Assembly (NCBI GenBank): GCA_020773975.1
Contig: GCA_020773975.1_3638.1
DNA length: 64,000 nt
Origin: a phage
Reading direction: 5' to 3' (one strand)
The notes under the pieces were generated by a model. That model saw nothing but the letters and a program-made list of their open reading frames with translations. It was not told the DNA's origin and ran no database searches. Shown piece by piece: positions 1 to 8,235 of this stretch. The stretch's first letter is position 1, and each line of letters begins with the position of its first letter. A program made the translations under genes and the position numbers.

Positions 1-230
1 ACTCACAAGACCCTCCACATTTCGCCATTCAAGGCTACTCTACTCACTTCTTCACATCAGGTGAGGCTGATGCTATGCTTTCGATAGTCGTTAGAGACAA
101 TTTCTTGCCTACGGGGTTAGCTCTGCCCCAACAGGGTTTAGCCTTTCTTACCAGCTTATTGTTTATTCAGCTATGCCCGTTTAGTGGAGTTATTCGACAA
201 CCATCACTGGTTGAAGGCCCAATTGTGTCT
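1..230 (-). mobile_element. Group I intron (intron A, partial, continues past window start) interrupting nrdD
   Basis: nrdD reading frame is lost after ...SLYGTP (exon ends ~231). The region carries the rc R-like motif (tcgatagtcgttag at ~91-104) and the same family motifs as introns B-D. Confidence 0.5.
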
Positions 231-692
231 AGGCGTGCCATATAGGCTAAATGCTAAACCACTTCGCTCTTTAAAATCAGCACAAATATCCTTCATGTAT
301 TTCAAGATATTCATTGCCATCTCTTTACGAACTGGCTCACCATACAAAATTTCAACTGCTTCATAAAGACCCACGTAACCAATACTGATTGATGCGTAGC
401 CATTAAAGAAGAGTTTACTGATCTTCTCATCAGGTCCGAGCCGTGCAATAGCCCCCTCCATAAACATTGTAGGGTTCTGGGATGCTTTTACATCCATCAG
501 TCTACCGACTCTAACCATATGCGCTTTATATGCCATTTCCATGTGCTTTTCAAGCAATTCGGTAAACAGAGTTTTCTTAGATTTTGCTTCTGCTGCAATC
601 ATAGGTAAGTTTAGAGAGACAACACCAAGATTGAATCTACCATCATATTTCTCACCATGTTCTGTTACATAATAAGATAAGAAACTTCTACA
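231..692 (-). CDS. nrdD: Anaerobic ribonucleotide reductase NrdD, exon 4 (CRSFLS...AFSLYGTP)
   Basis: ORF 204..722 translation matches the NrdD C-terminal half (GVVSLNLP, SISIGYVGL, AFSLYGTP). The first 10 codons and last 8 codons of the ORF are intron read-through. Confidence 0.7.
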
Positions 693-942
693 CATTATGT
701 TCAGAGTGGTTCGCAAGTCCACCCCCGCACCACTACGTGCTGCTGCATGTCACCATGCAGATCAGACTATATCTTCACACTTGGTGTGTCTACCATTTCG
801 AGTGTCATCGGCTTACACCCTACTCCGCTACATTCATCACGGTTAGTCGTTAGGCATTTACGGTTGATACCGATTTAGCACGGGATTCCCTCCATAGAGG
901 ATTTCCCCGTTTAGGCAGATTTTACATGAGCAGCTATAGTTT
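693..942 (-). mobile_element. Group I intron B (250 nt, ORF-less, T4-like IA2 type core)
   Basis: On the minus strand: P cuaaacggggaaaucc, Q gggaaucccgug, R gccuaacgacuaacc, S gaagauauagucu. Exon ends with U and intron ends with G. Joining the exons gives ...VTSMG|CRSFLS..., as in T4 NrdD. Confidence 0.65.
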
Positions 943-1242
943 ACCCATACTTGTAACACGCCCGTCTGAAGAACCTGTTACCTTTTTATTCAACGGTACA
1001 GATATGAAATCTGGATAAATCCTTTCAACACAACACTCCATAGCTAATTGCTTTAAGTCGTAGTTTGGATCGCCAGGCTTCATGTTTACACCATCTTCCA
1101 AGAAGAAGATAACTTTTGGAAAAACAGGTGTGACTTTATCTTTGCCAAGTCCGTTTTTGTGAACAAGAAGATAATTCTTTGTAATCATTCTCCCAAAATA
1201 AGAAGTATCAAGCCCAAGACTCAAGGTAATAAATGGGCATTG
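943..1242 (-). CDS. nrdD: NrdD exon 3 (QCPFITL...VTSMG)
   Basis: ORF 934..1245 matches the NrdD central region (GLGKDKVTPVFPK, DPNYDLKQLAMEC). Confidence 0.7.
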
Positions 1243-1521
1243 CATTGCCCACTTTATGTTTCCATAAAGACAGACTATCTCTTAGCATCTCCTAGATGCC
1301 CTCTCCGTTTCGGAGTTGGTATTTCAACCAACCACTACACTACTGGGTTGTGCTTCACAAAATCCATTTCGCACCTTTTCGTTAGTCGTTACAACCGTCA
1401 AGCCAGATGCCTGACTGGTCACGGGATTAGCATAGCTCTATGCCTTAGCGTTCCCCGTTAGCCAGAATATATCTGACCCCACTTGTGTGGTTAGGAGAGT
1501 TTTATAACGGCCATTGTGTTA
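1243..1521 (-). mobile_element. Group I intron C (279 nt, ORF-less)
   Basis: In-frame stop directly after ...NTLMSANG; S-like gagauagucu and R-like aacgacuaacg on the minus strand; splice restores SANG|QCPF. Confidence 0.6.
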
Positions 1522-1890
1522 ACCGTTAGCACTCATCAAGGTATTTACCTGATAAAGCAATGTCTGCATAGCATCGTAAACATCTTTTTCCGTCATCTGC
1601 ATAGCTACACCTTCTGGGTCTGGCAGCCATTGCTCCTGACAAAATTTTAGATTTTTATCGTAGCTTGCCTTGGCATATTGTTTTAATCCTTCATCGATAT
1701 GGGTGTATGACTGCCCCCCGTACTGAGATGAAGAAACTGATTGCGATATTTGGCTAATAATTGTACAGGCAACGCCAATTGATTTGGGTTTTTCTATTTT
1801 TGCGTTGCCAATTTTAAAGCCGTTCTCCAACATATCTCTGTAATCTACAAGACTACAGTTGAAGTGCGGACTTATTAAGTAATCTAAATC
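1522..1890 (-). CDS. nrdD: NrdD exon 2 (DLDYLISPHFNCSLVDYRDMLENGF...SANG)
   Basis: ORF 1519..1833 plus its upstream in-frame extension matches NrdD (MLENGFKIGNA, KPKSIGVA, QYGGQS). Confidence 0.7.
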
Positions 1891-2220
1891 CTTGATTTTC
1901 CTACATTTTTATAGGCAATGACTATATCATAATCTCAAAAGAGATTCTCTGCTTTTCAACTGGTAGCGTCTCCAGCTTACTCCCGAAGGATAGTCGATAC
2001 ACATAACGAAGTCTCACTCAGAATTATTATCTTCACGGAGTGATACTTCGTCTTAGCACGGTATTACCTTGCCCCTTAGCCGAGGGGTTTAGGCTCCCTT
2101 ACTCATAATGCAGTCACCTGCTTCTGAACCGTTAGCACAGTTTTTACTGCACACCGCTTTGCAATCAGCGTTAACAGAGTTATTCAATACTGATCACTCA
2201 GTAAGGCCACGATGTTATTC
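1891..2220 (-). mobile_element. Group I intron D (330 nt, ORF-less)
   Basis: Frame breaks after GYGHVH. Minus strand carries R-like aucgacuaucc and S-like gauauaguc. Exon ends in U, intron ends in G. Splice restores HVH|DLDY. Confidence 0.6.
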
Positions 2221-2718
2221 ATGGACATGACCATACCCGTTTGTATGCCATTCAGCTAATTCTTTTGGTAGAATTTGAGTTAGTGAGACGTGCTTGCTAA
2301 GGATACCAGCAAGAAGATCACGATGGCTACTAACCACCCCACTTGGTTTATTAGCGTTTTCTTTAGTAAATTCATCGGCAGTTTGTTCTAAGAATCCCGT
2401 AATATCTGCAAACAGCTTTCCTTTACCTTCCCTAACGTTATCACGCGTTTTACGATATTCAATATAAGCCCGTGCAGCATTCTTGAGGTCAAGATCCATT
2501 AGTGAATCTTCCACAATGCGGTGAATATCACAAACAGCCACTTTCTCTTGTGGTGGTTCTGATTTTTCCAGAGTCCCATAGACTTGCTCGCCAACTGCAC
2601 ACGCCAGAGGATATGATTTCTCACCATAACCAGCAGCAATCAGAGCAGCTTCTGCCGCTCTAATAACTTTCACACCATCATAATCTTCTTCACGCCCATC
2701 ACGTTTAACAACTTTCAT
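2221..2718 (-). CDS. nrdD: NrdD exon 1 (N-terminal ATP-cone region)
   Basis: MKVVKRDGREE... ATP-cone-like N-terminus, then RDLLAGILSKH...GYGHVH matching the NrdD N-terminal domain. Confidence 0.7.
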
Positions 2719-2721
2719 TGT

Positions 2722-2991
2722 TTATTCCCCCAGTTCAGTATTAATAAACGCAATAAATTCATCTGCCGTACCAACATACACAGTATCGACACCGCACTCA
2801 TAGAAAATCCGTGGGACTGTTTTTGGGATAACAGGGGAACATTTTAAGACCAATTCCTCTTTGGTGAAGTCTTCTCCTAATTTCTTATAGATAAAGTTAA
2901 GTCCTTTTTGTTTTGCAAACTCTTTTGCTCTTACACAATGAGGGCAATTATCTTTTCCATAAATTAAAAACGTGCATTCTTTAAAGTTCAT
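2722..2991 (-). CDS. Glutaredoxin/thioredoxin-like redoxin (NrdH/NrdC-like)
   Basis: CPHC active-site motif in a ~90 aa protein between nrdD and nrdB. Start probably the internal Met (MNFKECTF) rather than 3024. Confidence 0.6.
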   Translation of the reverse strand: MNFKECTFLIYGKDNCPHCVRAKEFAKQKGLNFIYKKLGEDFTKEELVLKCSPVIPKTVPRIFYECGVDTVYVGTADEFIAFINTELGE

Positions 2992-2992
2992 C

Positions 2993-4081
2993 TTAAAAAT
3001 CCCAGATTTCTTCTTCTGCATCATTCACTGTGGTGTTAACACGATAATCTGTGTTAGACATTTCTTGGTTAGCCGTCTGCTGTAGCGCAGGATTCATCCA
3101 TACTTGCATAAACGGCAAAGGGTCTTTGGAAGGAGGGTTGAAGTCTCTATCAAATCCAAAATGATCATAGATAGGAGAACAATTATAGTCAACCCACTCT
3201 TTCAACAATGGTTCGTTAAGGCCAATGATTGCTCTACCATCACTGAAGATATAGTGACTCCAACTATACTCTTTTAGTCTAACTTCGTCAAGAATTTCTT
3301 TCAATTCATGTTTGATGGCATTAAAGCTGTTCAACCATACAGGGTCTTCTAACAGAATTTCAATAATTGCCAAGTCGTTCTTTGTGTGGAGAATCTCATC
3401 AAGCATTATTTTTTGCACAAGTTGTGCCACTTGAACAAAGATCCCTTGTTCAGCCAAGGCAAATGTGCACGCAAAACTGGATATGAACTCTATAGCTTCT
3501 AGGCCAAGCAGGGCAAACATAGCTCTCAGAATGCCTCTACGGGCTTCTTCTTTATCTATAGAAGCAGGATCCAGTCTGTATTTAGCACCAAGAACTTCCA
3601 GTTCGCGCATATATTTGACAATGACACCAGATCTGTTTAAAACTTCTTGGTTGTTTTGTACTTCCTCAATAATTTCTCGTGCATTTGGCAAACACTGTCT
3701 GACAATTTCTGAGTATGTCAAAGCATGAAGCACTTCGATTTCTGCCTGTTTCATCATCAAAGCGTATAATTCACTGTTTGTGATGAATGGGGCAAATAAA
3801 CAGATAATTGATTGCGCTGCAACACTATCAGCTTCCCATTGCCACATCAAAGTTTGCACCATAACATCATAGGTTGATTTACTGCATGTGGTAAAATCTG
3901 AAATTGATTGTACTAAATCAACTTCGTCTTCTGACCAGTCTTGCTCTTTTTGTTTTTTATATAAATCGAAAAGTTTTGGGTATTTTTTATTAATGGAGTC
4001 ATACATCCCCATCTGCTGACCAAGAAACAGAGGGTAATCCCCAGTTTTATGTGCTGTGTTTTCTGTATTGAATAATGCCAT
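2993..4081 (-). CDS. nrdB: Ribonucleotide reductase small subunit NrdB
   Basis: 362 aa; ferritin-like R2 motifs (EAIEFISSFACTFALAEQG, C-terminal tail ending EEEIWDF). Confidence 0.75.
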   Translation of the reverse strand: MALFNTENTAHKTGDYPLFLGQQMGMYDSINKKYPKLFDLYKKQKEQDWSEDEVDLVQSISDFTTCSKSTYDVMVQTLMWQWEADSVAAQSIICLFAPFITNSELYALMMKQAEIEVLHALTYSEIVRQCLPNAREIIEEVQNNQEVLNRSGVIVKYMRELEVLGAKYRLDPASIDKEEARRGILRAMFALLGLEAIEFISSFACTFALAEQGIFVQVAQLVQKIMLDEILHTKNDLAIIEILLEDPVWLNSFNAIKHELKEILDEVRLKEYSWSHYIFSDGRAIIGLNEPLLKEWVDYNCSPIYDHFGFDRDFNPPSKDPLPFMQVWMNPALQQTANQEMSNTDYRVNTTVNDAEEEIWDF

Positions 4082-4094
4082 TTAGACCTCGATG

Positions 4095-4118
4095 AAAAAG
4101 GGGCTTTCGCCCCTTAAT
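4095..4118 (-). terminator. Putative hairpin terminator/attenuator between nrdA and nrdB
   Basis: Minus strand aaggggc-gaaa-gcccc followed by a U-run. Confidence 0.35.
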
Positions 4119-4121
4119 AAA

Positions 4122-7100
4122 TTACAATGCACAACTCTCGCAGTACGGATCTTCAACTGAACTGTCTGCAATCAAAGGATAGTTCTTTTTAGTTTCTTCC
4201 TCAGCTTGTTTCTTCGCGTGAAGTTCCGCTGTCAAAGAATCACCAGCACCAACCTTAGAGTTTAGATAGTACCATGTTTTCATACCCACTTTTGTTGCCT
4301 TGATAAGATATCCTAGCTGTTCTTTCATAGAAATCTTACCATCTTTGTGTTTGGTGTAATCAAGATAGAGATCTGCACTGATCGCCTGTCCAGTAAATTT
4401 CTGGAACAGGGCATAAATATCTATCAGATCATTTGTTGGTGTATCCCAAGCAGATGTGTAGTAATCTTTTAATTTTTCATAATCAGGAACGATAAAAAGA
4501 ACCTGACCTTGAGGTGATTTTTTAAAGATCACATGATCACGAACAGGGTATATACCATTTGTGGTGTTTGTTGCCAAAGACGAACTCTCGTTCGGCATGT
4601 AGGCTTCCAGAACACTGTTCCTGATCCCACCAAAATCAACAATCTCCTTGCGCAAGGACTCCCAATCCTGTTTGAGTGTAGGATCCTTCACCACACTATC
4701 AATCGCTTTGTTGTAAGTATCAATCGGTAGCCAGCCAGATGGGTATTTTGTTTTACCAATCCACTCACAAACACCACGTTCTTTAGCTAACCGCAGACTT
4801 GCCTTATGAAGGCTGTAGCTGTGCAATTCAGCTAAATCATGTACCAACTGTTTGCTCTCAGGAGAACCATAAGGAACTCTATGTGTCGCAATATAATGTG
4901 CCACGTTTGTGATGCCAACACCAATAGACCTACGTTTTTTAACTGTGCTCTCCATATTTTCATACGGATAGGTCATGATATCCATCACGTTGTCAATCAT
5001 GAGCACAGTATAGTATGCCACATCTTCATACTCTTCTGGTTTAACCCTGCCAGCAACCAACGAGGCCAAGAAGCATAAAGCAACTTCACCATCTTCAGCA
5101 TCATACTTGAAGAGGTTACGCATATCTGAATAACCTTTTGTTGGGAGTGATATTTCTTGGCATTGCCCAGTTAGCAAGCCATTAAACACTCCCATATGAC
5201 GTTTTGGCTCAGAAAAACAGTAGGTGTCATCTCTGCGACCATCATCCTTAATACCAACTATTCTTACAAAATGCCCAGCATTCCTGTTAGGTTTGTGTTT
5301 TACCAACACCAGACGGTATAACTTCAAGCCCATTTCTAACAATTTTTGTGTTTCGGTACTTGAGATAAGTAATCTGAAAGCGTCTTTAGTGTTAAAAACC
5401 CCGTAATCTCCAGAGCCATTGTTCAAAGGAAGTAGCTGCGGTCCAGATTTGCTTGCTAAAACAATTTTGCTGTGTACCCCCACCTCTTGAAGAAGGCGTT
5501 GTATCTTAACGAGGAAATTTTTATTTACAGATGCACATGTAAGTTGTTGATTATCACCATTACGGTAAACGCACCCATCAGCATCTAAATAACCAGCAAG
5601 CCATTCAAGTCTGGAATCTAGAGTGTATTCACTGCTAGGCACAAAAAATTTTGTTTTTAAATTATCTTTATAAACCAGAGTGTGTCTATCTTGGAGTTCT
5701 TGGGTTGAAATCTTAAACTCCCCACGAAAACGGCTCAATAAATGTTTTTTACCACCATAGAGATACACTAGCTTTCTATTTTCGCTAACTTCACAACCAT
5801 CACCACTGTAAAATCCGTTTTCATAGGCTAAATCAAGTACCTTAGAACCATGTACCACTTGAGATAATGTGAATTTTACCAATTTATCCCCTGGTTGAAG
5901 ATCTATTGCACGTTTTTCAATCACCCTACCTTTCCCTACAAAACCTTCTTGGATGTAGAATTTATGGTAAGGAGTACATACAAGTTCCTGCCCAGAGTCT
6001 GTTGTCACAGTGATTAGTTTTTGGTCACTACCTGTTTTTCTGACAACAACCTCTGACCACTCTTCACCATTCCACACCTCAACACTACGATCTTTAAGGT
6101 CAGAAATGGTTTGATACCCATCCTTAGTAAGAATTTCCGTTTCTGGTGCAACACACAAATTGCTTGAATAAATAATTTCCTTAAATGGGGTGTGTCTATT
6201 CATCTCGTCAGTCCAGTAAACATAAAGTCTACCCGTTTCTGTACGCTGGGTAAGTATCTCTATTGCCAAATCTCTTGCCTTAATCCAAGTTTTTGGAATA
6301 GAAGCATCCTTGGCAATCTTATCAACTTCAGAGTCAAACTCCTCCATTGTCATAGTGAACATCCCATCATGGAGTTGTGGGGCATCTTTATAAGATACCA
6401 GCATCCAATCCAGGTTTTTCGCAACACGATTGACAAAAGATTTGTTAATACCAACGGAATAATCCATTGTGTTAATCCGCTTAGATGTCACAGTCATAGG
6501 GTTACGTAAGCGAATTAATTCATCAATTTGTGGATCAAGAGCTAAGAAAGAAACTGTTGCTGAACCACCTCTGGACTGTTGCCTATTTTCTTTTACCCCA
6601 GCATCAATACCACGATAATAAGGTAGTTTACCCATATGCTTGATTGTGTTTCCTCTAACACCATCACCAATAGAGCGAGATGCTAGATAATAACCGATAC
6701 CAGCTTGATTAACAGTCATCGTATATGCAACTTCTCGTGCAACACCGATAGATTTAGCTGTATCGTCTGCCTTAATTACACAACACGAAGCATATCCTGT
6801 TTTTCCGGTACGAAGCCCGTTAAGGTATGGTGTCGGGGCGTTGATTTTAAGATCAGACAAATATGTGTACAATTTTGTCACATCTTTAATACGACGATCC
6901 TTAGGCATATTCTTCATAACTGCCATCGCCATCCCCATAAACATCATCTGTGGGGATTCAAAAAGGATGTCATTAACAGCGTCCTTAATACCGTACTTAT
7001 CACGGAACTGTTTCAATACAGCATACCCATAAGACAGATCTTTACTATGGTCGATGACAGCTTCTAATGCTGTTAACTCCAAGCCTGTGTATTTCATATC

Positions 7101-7430
7101 TTCCCAATAGCCTGAATCAACCATACGGTGATAGAAATTTGGCAAACTTGGAATTTTTGTGAACCCACCAAAGGCTTCTTTATAAATCTGCCCGACTAAA
7201 ACTCTACCAGCCATCCGTGCATGTGCTTCATCTTTACGGCTAATACATGCATCTATAATAGCTTGGTTTACTTCTTTTGTTGTGCAACCATCATATAGTC
7301 TTTTATATGCGTCAAGAGCAATGTGTGACCAGTTGCCGTTGCCATCATCACCAAAAATGGCAGCTTTGTTAAGGCGTTCAGGGTCGAATACTACCTCTGA
7401 CCCATCGCTTTTAATAACTTTAGTAATCAA
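4122..7430 (-). CDS. nrdA: Ribonucleotide reductase large subunit NrdA, containing an intein
   Basis: 1102 aa, far longer than a normal NrdA. N-terminal ATP cone; active-site SSNL / CQEISLPT split by a ~331 aa insertion. Confidence 0.8.
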   Translation of the reverse strand: MITKVIKSDGSEVVFDPERLNKAAIFGDDGNGNWSHIALDAYKRLYDGCTTKEVNQAIIDACISRKDEAHARMAGRVLVGQIYKEAFGGFTKIPSLPNFYHRMVDSGYWEDMKYTGLELTALEAVIDHSKDLSYGYAVLKQFRDKYGIKDAVNDILFESPQMMFMGMAMAVMKNMPKDRRIKDVTKLYTYLSDLKINAPTPYLNGLRTGKTGYASCCVIKADDTAKSIGVAREVAYTMTVNQAGIGYYLASRSIGDGVRGNTIKHMGKLPYYRGIDAGVKENRQQSRGGSATVSFLALDPQIDELIRLRNPMTVTSKRINTMDYSVGINKSFVNRVAKNLDWMLVSYKDAPQLHDGMFTMTMEEFDSEVDKIAKDASIPKTWIKARDLAIEILTQRTETGRLYVYWTDEMNRHTPFKEIIYSSNLCVAPETEILTKDGYQTISDLKDRSVEVWNGEEWSEVVVRKTGSDQKLITVTTDSGQELVCTPYHKFYIQEGFVGKGRVIEKRAIDLQPGDKLVKFTLSQVVHGSKVLDLAYENGFYSGDGCEVSENRKLVYLYGGKKHLLSRFRGEFKISTQELQDRHTLVYKDNLKTKFFVPSSEYTLDSRLEWLAGYLDADGCVYRNGDNQQLTCASVNKNFLVKIQRLLQEVGVHSKIVLASKSGPQLLPLNNGSGDYGVFNTKDAFRLLISSTETQKLLEMGLKLYRLVLVKHKPNRNAGHFVRIVGIKDDGRRDDTYCFSEPKRHMGVFNGLLTGQCQEISLPTKGYSDMRNLFKYDAEDGEVALCFLASLVAGRVKPEEYEDVAYYTVLMIDNVMDIMTYPYENMESTVKKRRSIGVGITNVAHYIATHRVPYGSPESKQLVHDLAELHSYSLHKASLRLAKERGVCEWIGKTKYPSGWLPIDTYNKAIDSVVKDPTLKQDWESLRKEIVDFGGIRNSVLEAYMPNESSSLATNTTNGIYPVRDHVIFKKSPQGQVLFIVPDYEKLKDYYTSAWDTPTNDLIDIYALFQKFTGQAISADLYLDYTKHKDGKISMKEQLGYLIKATKVGMKTWYYLNSKVGAGDSLTAELHAKKQAEEETKKNYPLIADSSVEDPYCESCAL
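5163..6155 (-). mobile_element. Intein in NrdA (LAGLIDADG-type homing endonuclease domain)
   Basis: Starts with Cys (CVAPETEIL) directly after SSNL and ends ...HMGVFNGLLTGQ before the +1 Cys of CQEISLPT. LAGYLDADG motif present. Terminal GQ instead of the usual HN. Confidence 0.65.
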
Positions 7431-7705
7431 ACATTCTCCTTCTCTTCTACATCATATTTAGCCAAAAATAAAGCAGCTTCATCATTAAGATCCTCTTTTA
7501 AAGAGTCTCTATCATCTGCAAGGATATTAATTACTTTTCCTGTGTATGCGTCATAATAAACATCATCATACATCTTGCTATCATCTATAAGATCATTAAA
7601 ATATAACCACCCAGCATAATGATATTTATCATCAAAACCGCGATCTTTCCATTTGGTCTTTTCTCGCGCCATTATGCCCCCAGACCAAACATATCGCCAA
7701 GCCAT
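7427..7705 (-). CDS. Hypothetical protein
   Basis: ORF in operon context; no recognisable motif. Confidence 0.35.
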   Translation of the reverse strand: MAWRYVWSGGIMAREKTKWKDRGFDDKYHYAGWLYFNDLIDDSKMYDDVYYDAYTGKVINILADDRDSLKEDLNDEAALFLAKYDVEEKENV

Positions 7706-8148
7706 GATTCATCTTTAGAATCAAAGTTAATATCTAAACTTTGCTTTCTTTCTCCACGCTTTGTGTATTTTCTGACATTGACTTTTTCTGCCACAGGAAG
7801 ATCGTATGGAAGATCAATAACAAATTCCATATCCTTTTCTGAATACATCTCTACATCAAGAATATCTATACCATTATAGATTCCTGCGTATGGATAATCA
7901 TTCCGCATATCACCTACAAAAATTGTTGTTTTTCTATAGGTTGATGGGAAATTGGCACAACGAACATTCTTGTCGTGTAGCATTGTAATATGCTTAGGAA
8001 GTCCATCAGCATCACTGACCTGGAATCCAATAGCATACAACGCAGCACGAAGTTGATTTTCTTCTTTAATATTAAAACCGGGGATTGTGCGAAGAAAGTC
8101 CAGCGTCACAGAAATATGCTGTGTAGGTTTACGTTTTGTTTTTTTCAT
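7672..8148 (-). CDS. Hypothetical protein
   Basis: ORF with upstream promoter-like element; no recognisable motif. Confidence 0.35.
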   Translation of the reverse strand: MKKTKRKPTQHISVTLDFLRTIPGFNIKEENQLRAALYAIGFQVSDADGLPKHITMLHDKNVRCANFPSTYRKTTIFVGDMRNDYPYAGIYNGIDILDVEMYSEKDMEFVIDLPYDLPVAEKVNVRKYTKRGERKQSLDINFDSKDESWLGDMFGLGA

Positions 8149-8206
8149 ATATTCTCCACCACATTTGCAAACTAGGGGACAAATAGCCCCTATACATCAT
8201 GCAAAC

Positions 8207-8235
8207 ATAATATGTATTTTTATTAAATTTGTCAA
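8207..8235 (-). promoter_or_regulatory. Sigma70-like promoter (TTGACA-17-TATTAT) for the leftward genes
   Basis: Consensus -35 and near-consensus -10 with 17 bp spacing on the minus strand. Confidence 0.4.

Noticed and set aside
1159-1461. Plus-strand ORF inside nrdD intron C and exon 3
   Set aside because: Opposite strand to nrdD, overlaps intron RNA structure, low-complexity translation; explained by the intron.
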